A model generated the notes under the pieces. It made no database searches. It was not told the DNA's origin and saw only the letters and a list, made by a program, of their open reading frames with translations. Below, piece by piece: positions 1-9,881 of a stretch of 64,000 bases of DNA. The stretch's first letter is position 1. Every line of letters starts with the position of its first letter. Source of the stretch: an uncultured Succinivibrionaceae bacterium (GTDB taxonomy: Bacteria > Pseudomonadota > Gammaproteobacteria > Enterobacterales > Succinivibrionaceae); the NCBI GenBank assembly GCA_944390105.1, contig CALXOV010000055.1, forward strand, positions 2,930 to 66,929, read 5' to 3'. The position numbers and the translations under genes were made by a program.

Positions 1-227
1 TCAAGTCCCCCCATGGTCATGATAAAGAACACGCCCATGGCAGCAATCATAGTCACATAAACCTGTGACAATGCCAAATGCATGTGCGAAATCATGCGGC
101 CATTGGTCAGGATATTGAACAGGATGAAGACGGCAATTAAACCGGCAATCGGCAACAGAGACCGGATGAGCTTCATCTTAGCCGCTTTAACGGCCTGCTC
201 TTCTTTAGTGAGAATTTTGTCAGTCAT
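1..227 (-). CDS. sugar ABC transporter permease, N-terminal part (gene runs off the window start)
   Basis: ATG at 225-227 (minus), 11 nt after the ATPase stop. Translation MTDKILTKEEQAVKAAKMKLIRSLLPIAGLIAVFILFNILTNGRM... has a hydrophobic TM-type N-terminus like the permease at 1758-2708. Absent from the ORF track because it is truncated by the window edge. Confidence 0.6.
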   Translation of the reverse strand, partial: MTDKILTKEEQAVKAAKMKLIRSLLPIAGLIAVFILFNILTNGRMISHMHLALSQVYVTMIAAMGVFFIMTMGGL

Positions 228-238
228 TTTTGTTCTCC

Positions 239-1768
239 TTACACCATCATCTCAATTAAGCTGTGCTCATTGAGATCGCGATTGCGCATGATTTCACCGC
301 TGACCGTGCCCTCTTTCATGATGATGATGCGATCGCACATGCCGATAAGCTCCATCAGCTCCTCAGAAATCATGATGATGGACTTTCCTTCCTTGCGCAT
401 CTTATCCATCTGCTGATAAATATCCTGCTTGACTTTAATGTCAATGCCGCGCGTCGGGCTGTCGAGCACCACGATGTCAGAGTCCTTGCCAATCCAGCGC
501 GCCAGCACTACTTTCTGCTTATTGCCGCCCGAGAGTTCGGAAACAAACTGTCCCGTACCCTGCATCTTCACCGACATTTCGCGCGCATACTTCAAAGCAA
601 AAGCTTTGATGGCTGCCCAGTTTAAAAAGGGTAGCTTGGGAATGCGGGTGAGCTTGTCAAGTGAAGGGAGCACAATATTGTCGCGAATGCTCTGATTAAT
701 TACGATACTTTCGTTATCGCGGTCTTTAGAGGTATAAGCAATCGAATGTGCAATCGCCTGCGGAATTGAATTGATATGCGTACCGTCAGCGAGCACTACT
801 TCGCCCTCACGATCATAGCTAGCACCAAAGATCGCTTTGCCGACTTCATGCATGCCGGACTCCGACAAACCGCCGAAGCCTAAGATTTCGCCTTTGTGCA
901 GATCAAAGGACACATTATGAATCACCCCCGGAACGGTCACATCCTTAACCGACAATACCACTTCATCAGAGATCTTTTCCCCATAATCGGCGCGATAGTA
1001 ATCGCCCGTGATCTCGCGACCGACCATCAGACGCTTTAAGTCCTCCTCCGTCACATCCTTGCTCTTGACCGTATCGATATAAATGCCATCGCGCAACACA
1101 GTAATCGTGTCGGACTTATCTAAAATTTCCGATAAATCATGAGAAATGAAGATCACGGTACTGCCTTCATCGCGGATACGGTTCATGTGCTTATACAGCT
1201 CTTCACGCCCTTCCTGCGACAGTGCCGTAGTGGTCTCATCCACCACCACAATCTTCGGATGGAAATAGGTTGCCTTAACAATCTCGATAAGCTTACGATC
1301 CTCGAAATTGTACTCATCCACCATCTTATTGGCCTTGATGTGATCAAAACCGTACTGTTGCAGCAGGCGGTTGGCCTCAGCGTTCATCTGATTGGTATTG
1401 CGAAAACCCATCGTAATGAAACGCTCTTCATGACCTAAGAAAATATTCTCGGCTACGGTCAGACCGGATAACGTGCCTAATTCCTGCACGATGATGGCAA
1501 TGCCCATATTGTTGGCATCCACCTGATTTTTCGGGTGAATTTCCACGCCATCCATAATAAACTTGCCGCTTTCCATCGGATAAATACCGGTGAGCATATT
1601 GGTTAAAGTCGATTTACCCGAGCCGTTCTCACCAATTAAGGCATGCACTTCACCCTTATTGACATTAAAGGATACATGCTGCAGCGCCTTAGTAATACCG
1701 AAGGTTTTGCTGATGTCCTGTACTTGTAATCTTACTTCTTCAGTCATATCTGCCGCCTTACTTAACAA
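239..1768 (-). CDS. sugar ABC transporter ATP-binding protein with two fused NBDs (RbsA/MglA type)
   Basis: 509-aa ORF. Walker A GENGSGKST near the N-terminus and ABC signature LSGGNKQKVVLARW in the second half. Overlaps the upstream permease gene by 11 nt. Confidence 0.9.
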   Translation of the reverse strand: MLSKAADMTEEVRLQVQDISKTFGITKALQHVSFNVNKGEVHALIGENGSGKSTLTNMLTGIYPMESGKFIMDGVEIHPKNQVDANNMGIAIIVQELGTLSGLTVAENIFLGHEERFITMGFRNTNQMNAEANRLLQQYGFDHIKANKMVDEYNFEDRKLIEIVKATYFHPKIVVVDETTTALSQEGREELYKHMNRIRDEGSTVIFISHDLSEILDKSDTITVLRDGIYIDTVKSKDVTEEDLKRLMVGREITGDYYRADYGEKISDEVVLSVKDVTVPGVIHNVSFDLHKGEILGFGGLSESGMHEVGKAIFGASYDREGEVVLADGTHINSIPQAIAHSIAYTSKDRDNESIVINQSIRDNIVLPSLDKLTRIPKLPFLNWAAIKAFALKYAREMSVKMQGTGQFVSELSGGNKQKVVLARWIGKDSDIVVLDSPTRGIDIKVKQDIYQQMDKMRKEGKSIIMISEELMELIGMCDRIIIMKEGTVSGEIMRNRDLNEHSLIEMMV

Positions 1769-2708
1769 TTTCGCCCTTGTTCACCTTAGTGGTGAAGGTA
1801 ATGATGATGAGTAGCGCAAGGCCAGTGATCACGTCCTGAATAGCCGTCGGCGCACCTAAGGAAATAAAGCCGAAGAAAATAATGTTGACGATGAACTCGC
1901 CTAAAATAATTGCCTGCAGCGGAATGCCGTACTTCATGAACGCCAGACCAAAGAAGCAGCCCATAGTCGGAATGAAGTTGCGGCTCATTGACGACATGCC
2001 GGTTACCGCCACCATTGATGAGCCATAACTAATGGTCAGTACCGCCATCGCACCAAAGAAAGCGCCACTTAAAATAAAAGCCAGCACCTTAAACTTATCA
2101 ACATTAATACCCATGTTCTTAGCCACAAATTCATCCGAGCCAATGGCATAGGTATAAGTACCGAACTTGGTATAGTTCAAAATAAGCCACGCTAAAATAA
2201 AGGTGACAAAGGCTAAGATGAGGTTGCCCGGCATCTGACCTAAGCCGCGCAGATCAGAGGGCAACGTCTGCTCAGCACCGCCTGCTATATAGTTGGCAAG
2301 CGATTCATAAATTAATGCCAAGCCCGCGGTCACAATCATTGACGGAATACGTAGCCGTACATAGAAAAAGCCGTTGCACAAACCCACAAGTGCGCCCGTG
2401 GCAATTGCTCCCAGCACCAGACCGGTATAGCCTAAATTAAAGTCGGTAGCCAGCTGACAGCCGACAATTGCCGACAAAATAATATTGGCGCCAATCGAGA
2501 AATCGAACAGCCCCATGTCCATCACAAAGTAGAAGCCAATGGCACCTACCGTGGCAATAAGACTTGCCTGAAAGTAGCTGAGCAGATGCTCGGGAGTACC
2601 GAAATTATGCGGCGTTAAAATCTTAAAAATAAGCCAGGAGAGCACCACTAAGGATATGAGCACAATATATCCTTTAGTCGCTCCTGACAGGTTCTTAAAA
2701 GCAGTCAT
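1758..2708 (-). CDS. sugar ABC transporter permease (RbsC/branched-sugar type)
   Basis: Multi-TM hydrophobic ORF. I prefer the ATG at 2706-2708 (MTAFKNLSG...), which is preceded by GGAAGG, over the ORF-track start at 2732. Confidence 0.85.
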   Translation of the reverse strand: MTAFKNLSGATKGYIVLISLVVLSWLIFKILTPHNFGTPEHLLSYFQASLIATVGAIGFYFVMDMGLFDFSIGANIILSAIVGCQLATDFNLGYTGLVLGAIATGALVGLCNGFFYVRLRIPSMIVTAGLALIYESLANYIAGGAEQTLPSDLRGLGQMPGNLILAFVTFILAWLILNYTKFGTYTYAIGSDEFVAKNMGINVDKFKVLAFILSGAFFGAMAVLTISYGSSMVAVTGMSSMSRNFIPTMGCFFGLAFMKYGIPLQAIILGEFIVNIIFFGFISLGAPTAIQDVITGLALLIIITFTTKVNKGEIVK

Positions 2709-2787
2709 AAAATTACCTTCCCTTCTGCGCACCGTAAGTTAGTGCTGTCAATGTGAAAACTGTAAACATATGATTATCTGCTGTCAT

Positions 2788-2799
2788 GCAACCGTTTAC
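2788..2799. promoter_or_regulatory. candidate LacI/GalR-family operator half-palindrome (GCAACCGTTTAC)
   Basis: 10 of 12 match to the GCAAACGTTTGC-type core. Lies about 80 nt upstream of the permease start, in the divergent intergenic region. Confidence 0.25.
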
Positions 2800-3176
2800 G
2801 ATAATTTTACCCAGCGCACGTTTTTGTTAGAAAAAAGTTAAATTATTTGAACTACATCACAAATAAAAAAACTTTGCAGATCCGCATATATAAGCCATAA
2901 ATCGCACTTTTAAGTCCCGTACCCTATCTGAACAAAGTGCGCAGTAACCCGCAAGTATCGTCAAGAAATGCTTGCGGCACAGCCGGCACAATTCACATGA
3001 AGAGGACCTACGCCGCTTAAACTTACACAGTACTTATTCCTTGTTTATGCAGAGGTTTTTACTTAATATCAATTTTATCTTCTTTTAGCCAAATTTATTT
3101 TATTTATATGAATTTACAAGATTTTTTATACTAAATTACTACTGCTAACTTCGGCTAATTATCGAAAGTGTGATCT

Positions 3177-3190
3177 GCGCAAACGTTTCT
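3177..3190. promoter_or_regulatory. candidate LacI/GalR-family (RbsR/PurR-like) operator GCGCAAACGTTTCT
   Basis: Perfect 8-bp palindrome AAACGTTT at 3181-3188. The left half GCGCAAAC matches the PurR/RbsR-type box as I remember it. Lies about 100 nt upstream of the binding-protein gene. Confidence 0.35.
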
Positions 3191-3287
3191 GGAAAATATT
3201 TTCAGTATTATCACTTGTGTGTCGTATCGTTGCGGCCGCAAGTCGCGAACGCGCAATTACTATCAAATAGGGAAGGGTATAGCTCTT

Positions 3288-4424
3288 ATGAAATTCAAGA
3301 AATTAGCACTGTCCATCGCCGGTACCGCCTTAGCTGCTACCGTAGCCAGCTTCAGCACCAGCGCCATGGCAATTGAGAACTCCGATATTAAGATCGGTAT
3401 TTCGATTTGGTCCTCCACTGACGTGTTAGGCTCGCAGTGCAAGCGCGTGCTGGACGCTGCTGCTGAGGCTTTAGGCGTAGAAATTCAGTACGTTGACCAA
3501 GCCCACGTGTCGGAAAAGGTTACCGCCTCAATTGAGCAGCTGGTCGCCGCCGGCTGCCAAGGCATTATCGTGTGCAACTCATCCGATACTGAAATGATTT
3601 CGGCCATCAAGACCGCTAACGATAATGAAGTCTACTTAGCCCAGTTCTTCCGCATCATCTCCAAGGATGCCAATCCGGCTATCTACCAGATTGCTACCGA
3701 TTCTCCCTACTTCATCGGTGCCGTACACGAAAATGAGCCGCAAAATGGCGAGAACTTAATGAACATCCTTCTGGCCAAAGGCGATCGCAATATCGGCCTT
3801 ATCGGCTGGGAACAGGGCGACGCTACTTGGCTCGGCCGCTGGGAGGGCTATAAGGCTGGCGTAGAAAAGTGGAATGCTGAGCATCCGGACGATCAGGCCA
3901 CTTTAACCGAGCCTCAGTATGCCGGTACTTCCTCTGAAGGCGGCTCCAAGGCTGCTGAAGCTTTAATGGCTGCTAACCCGAACCTGGATGCCTTGATTCC
4001 GGCCGGCGGCGGCGGAGACCCGCTGCTGGGCGCTATTGCTGCCGTTGAGCGCGCTGGCAAGACCCAGACTATCGACATCGTGTCCACCGACTTCCTGCCG
4101 GATTTAGGCGAGCGCTTAGCTAACGGCTCAATGGCCGGTCAGTCTGGCGGTCACTACTGCGATCCGCTGATTGCCTTCATGATGGTCTACAATGCCATTA
4201 AGGGCAATTATACTGACTTTGAAGGCAAGTTTGAGGACGTCACCTTCCCGTACCTGTACGTCTCGTCGCCTGATGATTATGCCGATTACGAGAAATACTT
4301 CGTTGACCAGCTGCCATTCACCACAGAAGAGTTTGTGGAAATGTCCAAGCTGTCGCTCAATGACCTCAAGGCTCTGGCCTCGCGCATCTCCATTGAAGAT
4401 GCCGCTGCCCGCGCCGCTAAGTAA
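3288..4424 (+). CDS. periplasmic sugar-binding protein of an ABC transporter (PBP type I)
   Basis: Start chosen at the ATG at 3288, giving MKFKKLALSIAGTALAATVASFSTSAMA (signal peptide with AMA cleavage motif), preceded by GGAAGG. Divergent from the permease/ATPase operon. Confidence 0.8.
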   Translation: MKFKKLALSIAGTALAATVASFSTSAMAIENSDIKIGISIWSSTDVLGSQCKRVLDAAAEALGVEIQYVDQAHVSEKVTASIEQLVAAGCQGIIVCNSSDTEMISAIKTANDNEVYLAQFFRIISKDANPAIYQIATDSPYFIGAVHENEPQNGENLMNILLAKGDRNIGLIGWEQGDATWLGRWEGYKAGVEKWNAEHPDDQATLTEPQYAGTSSEGGSKAAEALMAANPNLDALIPAGGGGDPLLGAIAAVERAGKTQTIDIVSTDFLPDLGERLANGSMAGQSGGHYCDPLIAFMMVYNAIKGNYTDFEGKFEDVTFPYLYVSSPDDYADYEKYFVDQLPFTTEEFVEMSKLSLNDLKALASRISIEDAAARAAK

Positions 4425-4466
4425 TCAGGCCTACAGGCTGTAACCCTTGTCTGCAGCCTCTAGGTT

Positions 4467-4492
4467 ACCGGGATCTTAGATCCCGGTTTTTT
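4467..4492 (+). terminator. rho-independent terminator after the binding-protein gene
   Basis: 9-bp stem ACCGGGATC / GATCCCGGT with loop TTA, followed by a T run. Confidence 0.6.
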
Positions 4493-4532
4493 ATTGTCCG
4501 TAAAATGACACGACCTTAGCCGCCGCTAGTCA

Positions 4533-4557
4533 ATAAAAAGGGCATCCGCAGATGCCC
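4533..4557 (-). terminator. rho-independent terminator after pykA
   Basis: 7-bp stem GGGCATC / GATGCCC with loop CGCA. On the minus strand it is followed by TTTTT. Confidence 0.5.
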
Positions 4558-4595
4558 ATTCCTTTTAGCGCAATTTATACTATATAGCCTAAAAC

Positions 4596-6032
4596 CTAAA
4601 CCGTAACTACGCGCATACTGTCGGTATAGCCCGAACGGCCCATTGCCACGCCGAAGGCAATTACTACCTTATCGCCGCTTTGCACTAAGCCTTTATTAAC
4701 TAAAAAGCGCACTGCTGATGCCAATACATCATCGTGATTGGAATAGGCTGAAGTATCAAAGTAGAACGGGAACACCCCACGATACATGTTCATCCAGCGT
4801 ACGGCCTGCTCTGAGCGCGAGAAAGCATAAATCGGCAGTCCAGAGCGGATACGCGACATTAATAGCGGCAGGCGCCCGGTATCAGTAAAAGCCACTAGAC
4901 CATGGATTCCACGCAGATGGTTAGCAGCAAACATTGAAGTAATAGCCACCGTCTCTTCAGCTGTTTCAAAAATACGCTCAGCGCGATAACCCGAACGCTG
5001 AATCGATTCCTCCGCACCATGACAGACATTGGACATTGCGCGAACCGTCTCTACCGGGAAATCTCCGGCCGCAGTTTCGGCCGACAGCATTACCGCATCG
5101 GTACCATCCAGCACCGCATTGGAGACGTCCATCACTTCAGCACGCGTTGGCATTGGCGCCTTAATCATCGATTCCATCATCTGCGTGGCTGTGATCACCA
5201 CGCGATCAAGTCCGCGGGCAAAATTAATCAATTTTTTCTGCACGCTCATTAAGCGCGCATCACCGATCTCTACGCCAAGATCGCCGCGTGCTACCATTAC
5301 CGCATCAGATGCCATAATGATATCGCGCATCGCATCTTCGCTTTCTACCGCTTCAGCGCGCTCTACTTTAGCAACAATACGCGCAATTGAGCCAGCTTCA
5401 TTGAGTAGACGCCGCGCTTCACGCAGATCATCACCGCTACGCGGAAAGGACACCGCAATATAGTCAAGCCCGAGTTTAGCCGCAGTCACAATATCGCGCT
5501 TATCTTTCTCGGTCAGCGCCGGAGCGGATAAACCGCCGCCCTGCTTATTGATGCCCTTAGAATTAGATAGCGGTCCGGCTACAATTACTGTGGTGTAAAC
5601 CTCATGACCTTCAACCTTAGTGACTGCCAGCTGAATTCGTCCATCATCTAGCAAAAGAATATCGCCAGGCTTAAGATCATGCGGCAGCTCTTTATAGGTC
5701 AGACCTACCCGCTCTTGGGTACCTGCATGCAGATCAAGCTCCGCATCTAAAATAAACTGATCCCCTAAATTAAGCAGGATCCGCCCTTCTTTAAAGCATC
5801 CGATGCGAATTTTCGGTCCCTGTAAATCGCCCATAATGGCAACCGGGCGATCAACCTCTTTAGAAATGCGACGCACTTCCGCCACGCGCTTGGCGTGATC
5901 TTCTGGGGTTCCATGCGAGAAATTAATGCGTACTACATTAGCACCGGCTTTAATCAGCGCCTCTAATACTCCCGGGCGATCAGTAGCCGGACCTAAAGTG
6001 GTTACAATCTTCGTTCTACGCTTTTTGGCCAT
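4596..6032 (-). CDS. pykA: pyruvate kinase (PykA type)
   Basis: 478 aa. N-terminus [15 protein letters not shown]...[17 protein letters not shown] and the [12 protein letters not shown] and [10 protein letters not shown] motifs closely follow E. coli PykA as I recall it. Confidence 0.9.
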   Translation of the reverse strand: MAKKRRTKIVTTLGPATDRPGVLEALIKAGANVVRINFSHGTPEDHAKRVAEVRRISKEVDRPVAIMGDLQGPKIRIGCFKEGRILLNLGDQFILDAELDLHAGTQERVGLTYKELPHDLKPGDILLLDDGRIQLAVTKVEGHEVYTTVIVAGPLSNSKGINKQGGGLSAPALTEKDKRDIVTAAKLGLDYIAVSFPRSGDDLREARRLLNEAGSIARIVAKVERAEAVESEDAMRDIIMASDAVMVARGDLGVEIGDARLMSVQKKLINFARGLDRVVITATQMMESMIKAPMPTRAEVMDVSNAVLDGTDAVMLSAETAAGDFPVETVRAMSNVCHGAEESIQRSGYRAERIFETAEETVAITSMFAANHLRGIHGLVAFTDTGRLPLLMSRIRSGLPIYAFSRSEQAVRWMNMYRGVFPFYFDTSAYSNHDDVLASAVRFLVNKGLVQSGDKVVIAFGVAMGRSGYTDSMRVVTV

Positions 6033-6130
6033 GACAACATCCTAAATTTGATTACTATTAATTTATATTGAACCCATCTAAGTTTACCCGATCTGCATCA
6101 CCATGCGGTAGACGGCCGGAAAAACTGTGA

Positions 6131-6170
6131 GCTAAAAGCGCAGAAAGCCGCACCTTACGGCACGGCTTTC
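6131..6170 (-). terminator. possible terminator after purC
   Basis: 8-bp stem GAAAGCCG / CGGCTTTC with a 12-nt loop. TTTT follows on the minus strand. Confidence 0.35.
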
Positions 6171-6198
6171 TGCTTTTCATATAGGCTGACGCACGCGT

Positions 6199-6909
6199 TT
6201 ACAGCGGACAGCCAATACGACGAGCTACTTCTTCGTAGGCCTCAATCACCCCGCCTAAGCCCTGACGGAATCTATCCTTGTCAAGCTTCTTGCGGGTTTC
6301 CTTATCCCACAGACGGCAGCCGTCCGGCGAGAACTCATCGCCCAAAATCAACTTACCATGATACAGACCAAACTCCAGCTTATAGTCAACTAAGATGAGC
6401 CCAGCCTTATCGAACAATGCCTTTAAAATTTCATTGATCTGATATGACATACGCCGCATCTCATCGATCTGTTCCTGCGTACCCCACTTAAAGGAAATGA
6501 TGTGCGAATCATTGACCATCGGATCATGCAGTTCATCATTCTTTAAGAAGAACTCAAAGGTCGGAGGATTTAAGTCGAGGCCTTCCTGCACGCCTAAGCG
6601 ACGACAGATGGAGCCGGCGCTGACATTACGCACCACGCACTCCACTGGAACCATCTCCAGCTTCTTAACTACGCACTCAGTATCATTGATGAGGCTTTCC
6701 ACATGCACCGGGATACCGGCCTCTTCGAGCTTCTTCATGATGAAATAGTTAAAATGGCAATTGGTACGGCCCTTGCGCTCTAACTGCTCAATCTTCTTGC
6801 CGTCAAAAGCGGAAGTGTCGTCGCGAAACAGCATGATGTAGTGATCAGGATCATCAGTCTCGTAAACCGACTTAGCCTTACCGCGATACAGTTCTTTTAA
6901 TTTTTCCAT
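6199..6909 (-). CDS. purC: phosphoribosylaminoimidazole-succinocarboxamide (SAICAR) synthase
   Basis: Start taken at the internal ATG at 6907-6909 ([22 protein letters not shown]...), giving a typical 237-aa PurC. The longer ORF-track N-terminus has no PurC-like sequence. Confidence 0.9.
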   Translation of the reverse strand: MEKLKELYRGKAKSVYETDDPDHYIMLFRDDTSAFDGKKIEQLERKGRTNCHFNYFIMKKLEEAGIPVHVESLINDTECVVKKLEMVPVECVVRNVSAGSICRRLGVQEGLDLNPPTFEFFLKNDELHDPMVNDSHIISFKWGTQEQIDEMRRMSYQINEILKALFDKAGLILVDYKLEFGLYHGKLILGDEFSPDGCRLWDKETRKKLDKDRFRQGLGGVIEAYEEVARRIGCPL

Positions 6910-7031
6910 TTTAAAATCCCAGCTTGGAATGTGAAAAGTCAATATGCTCCGGCTCACCCACGGGATGAGCCGGAGCACCGGCATATTGTACTCTCAAAAC
7001 CTGCCTAAATTAAACCTTTTTAACAAAAGGT

Positions 7032-8195
7032 TTAATGCGCGGACGCAGTAAAAGCACGGCTTAAGGCAGCCGAGAAACCCGGATAGAGGCGCGCGACCAC
7101 CTCAGAGCGCAGCGGCTTATCATCTTCGTTATAGAAAGTGACGAAAGTGCGCTCCCCGTCAATTGACACGCGGATGATGTAGGATCCTTCCTCAAGACCG
7201 AAATCGTCTAAGCCTTGATTGCGGAAGAACTCCGGATCCTGCTCTTCATAATCGGTATTAATTGAGCTGTGCGAGATTGAGTACTCGGTAATTTCAAAAC
7301 CATAATCAGGCAACATATTGCGCAGTACATCCCAAGTGGCCTGATACGGAGCACTAACCACAAAACAATCCTGATTATTGTTGTCTCTATCTAAAGTTAC
7401 CGCTACGCTGCGCGGAATCCCCTCGGGCACAGCGGTGACCTTATCCATTGCCTTAATGATCTGATTAGAAAAACCGGTAGCAAAGCGTTGCTGCTCAGCC
7501 GGAGTTAAGATGTCTGACAGCGTACGCGAGGCTCTAAAGGAGAAGATACCGGTGGTGGCAATGGTCATTGATCCGATAAGCGATGTGGCAATACCTATAT
7601 TGCCGGCGGCATTACGACCTATGCGCAGACGATAGACCTGACGGTAACGCAACGCATCGGTGGCTGCAGTAGTAAGTGCAATCGGCGTACCAAATTCATT
7701 GTAATCGGTGGCCATGGTAGTAAGCTCGTAGGCTCCCGGGGTAATTTCGCCGGGCTGCACTCCCATATTAACCAGCACGCGCATCAATAGCGCCCAAGCT
7801 TCTGCCTCATTGGCCACATTGATTTGTCCATTGGAGTTGAGCCACACAATGCTCTCGCCGGCAGCCCACACTGACTGCACACCGGACACTGAACGCAATT
7901 GCACTACCGGAGCGCGCACATCCATATTTGCGCCCAAGGGTCCCTGCGCCGTCGCCAGCATTGGCAGTTCCATATTGCGATCCTTGGCAGGAACATTCAG
8001 CCCCGGCGGCACTACCAGCTGATCGCCGCGTTCCGTGGCATCAGCATGATCATAATATCCGGTCGGTTCACGCAGCGAGGTATCTACATCACCTTCATAC
8101 ATCTGCCACCAGTTACGGATCGTACTGCATCCGGACAGCTGGACTAAGGATAAAGTAATGGCCGCAGCCAAGGCCGTATGCTTAAGCGCTGACAA
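7032..8195 (-). CDS. bamC: outer-membrane lipoprotein, BamC (NlpB)-like
   Basis: Lipobox LVQLSGC at the N-terminus. Sits immediately upstream of purC, as in the enterobacterial bamC-purC arrangement. Loose similarity to E. coli BamC segments (for example ATWDVLRNMLPDYGFEITE versus [20 protein letters not shown]). Confidence 0.55.
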   Translation of the reverse strand: MSALKHTALAAAITLSLVQLSGCSTIRNWWQMYEGDVDTSLREPTGYYDHADATERGDQLVVPPGLNVPAKDRNMELPMLATAQGPLGANMDVRAPVVQLRSVSGVQSVWAAGESIVWLNSNGQINVANEAEAWALLMRVLVNMGVQPGEITPGAYELTTMATDYNEFGTPIALTTAATDALRYRQVYRLRIGRNAAGNIGIATSLIGSMTIATTGIFSFRASRTLSDILTPAEQQRFATGFSNQIIKAMDKVTAVPEGIPRSVAVTLDRDNNNQDCFVVSAPYQATWDVLRNMLPDYGFEITEYSISHSSINTDYEEQDPEFFRNQGLDDFGLEEGSYIIRVSIDGERTFVTFYNEDDKPLRSEVVARLYPGFSAALSRAFTASAH

Positions 8196-8229
8196 CGTAA
8201 ACTCTCCTGTCTATCGTATAAAAAACGAA

Positions 8230-9282
8230 TTAGATTAAATTCTGACGCCAATTTTCGTGCTCAATATACCACAAAACACATTGGCTCAAGCCCTGCTCCA
8301 AGCCAATCTGCGGGCAAAAACCTAGCTCTGCCGCCGCTTTGGTGCAATTTAAACTATAGCGCCGATCATGTCCTTTGCGATCCGCTGCCGACTGAATAAC
8401 TTTAGCAAATGGGGCTGCGCGTACAGCGAAGCTTTCAGGGAAACGGGCGACAAGCTCAGGACGCTTGGCAAAGATTGCACACAGCGCTGCGTACAAAGCC
8501 TGCAGAAGCTCGCGGTTAGTCAGTTCACAGCTTGCGCCTAAATTATAGACCGCTCCGGGCTGACCGTAACTTAGCACTAAGTCAATTCCCCGACAGTGAT
8601 CGCTGACATAAATCCAATCGCGCCGCTGCAGTCCATCGCCATAAACTGGCACCGGATGTCCGTGGAGAAGACAGTCAAGCGCTTTGGGAATAAGCTTTTC
8701 GGGGTGCTGATACGGGCCGTAATTATTGCTGCAACGAGTGAGCGTGACCTCAAGTCCATAAGTACGGGCAAAGGCACACACAAAATGTTCAGCCGCAGCT
8801 TTAGATGCGGCATAAGGAGAGTTGGGCTGCAGCGGTTGCGCTTCATCCCAAGGAACCTCGTCAAGGCGCAAAGAACCATAAACTTCATCAGTTGAGATCT
8901 GATGGAAGCGTCCGCCACGTTTACCATCCACAAAGACCGCCACCGCAGCCTCAAGCAAAGCTGTGGTCCCTGCGACATTATTACGGACAAAAGGAGCAGG
9001 ATCGGTGATTGAGCGATCGACATGGGTATGCGCCGCAAAATTGACAATAACGTCAATGTCCTCATCGGCAAGCAGCTGTTGCATTAGAGTTTTATCGCAG
9101 ATATCCGCCTGTATAAATGTAATGCGACCACTGTCGATAAGCGGCTGCAGATTATTAAGGCAGGCTGCATAATGCAAAGCATCGACTACGCACAGCGTAT
9201 CCTCTGGATGCTGTGTAGCATGCGCATACAGATAGTTAGTGCCGATAAAGCCGGCACCTCCGGTCACAAGGAGATGCGGCAT
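8230..9282 (-). CDS. rfbB: dTDP-glucose 4,6-dehydratase
   Basis: 350 aa. Rossmann motif VTGGAGFIG, ISTDEVYG, and catalytic YAASKAAAE (YxxxK). Confidence 0.85.
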   Translation of the reverse strand: MPHLLVTGGAGFIGTNYLYAHATQHPEDTLCVVDALHYAACLNNLQPLIDSGRITFIQADICDKTLMQQLLADEDIDVIVNFAAHTHVDRSITDPAPFVRNNVAGTTALLEAAVAVFVDGKRGGRFHQISTDEVYGSLRLDEVPWDEAQPLQPNSPYAASKAAAEHFVCAFARTYGLEVTLTRCSNNYGPYQHPEKLIPKALDCLLHGHPVPVYGDGLQRRDWIYVSDHCRGIDLVLSYGQPGAVYNLGASCELTNRELLQALYAALCAIFAKRPELVARFPESFAVRAAPFAKVIQSAADRKGHDRRYSLNCTKAAAELGFCPQIGLEQGLSQCVLWYIEHENWRQNLI

Positions 9283-9287
9283 AATAG

Positions 9288-9743
9288 CTACTTATTTTGT
9301 AACAAAGGTTTTTGTAGATAGTCAAATAAGTTCTGACTAACCTTAGACAATACTTCTTTAATCGAGTTGAGCTCGGGATCGTAAGCATTGATATAGGTCG
9401 GCTCTTGATCTTCGCTGTCGTAATAGCACACTGAGGAAAACACCGCATCAACTCCGGTATCGGACAGCGTAAGAGAGCAGCGAAAATCAATATATCGGGT
9501 TACACCAGCCTGAATTAACAGCGGATCACGCATCACCTTACGGAAATTGATCACGCTCATGGAGCGATCTTCCAAGAAAATACGGTTAGGTCTAACGCCG
9601 GCCTTTACCCAATGCTCGGCCTTGTCATACGCACGTTCAAGCTGATTTGGCGAATGATAGGAAAAGGGAACTTCATAGTCACTGCCCAAAGGCGGCGCCA
9701 TGGTCTCCTCGCCCTTCTCATTCTCATTATCAAAATCACTCAT
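9288..9743 (-). CDS. hypothetical protein (151 aa, acidic N-terminus)
   Basis: ORF ends 6 nt before the rfbB start on the same strand. I recognise no motif. Confidence 0.5.
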   Translation of the reverse strand: MSDFDNENEKGEETMAPPLGSDYEVPFSYHSPNQLERAYDKAEHWVKAGVRPNRIFLEDRSMSVINFRKVMRDPLLIQAGVTRYIDFRCSLTLSDTGVDAVFSSVCYYDSEDQEPTYINAYDPELNSIKEVLSKVSQNLFDYLQKPLLQNK

Positions 9744-9881
9744 TTACTGCTCCTTTTGCGTGTAATTAAGCTGTGCACCTTGACCCAGCTGTGATGTGCC
9801 ATTGCATTTTATGACTAATTTACAGTTAACCGGGGCTTATTACAAGCACTACCCTCTGCTTTTTGCGTGTTCACTCAAGGC

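Noticed and set aside
8577-9071. 164-aa same-strand alternative-frame ORF inside rfbB, plus plus-strand ORFs at 8596-9172.
   Set aside because: All are fully embedded in a CDS with clear dehydratase motifs, and they have low-complexity, Arg/Leu/Ser-rich translations.
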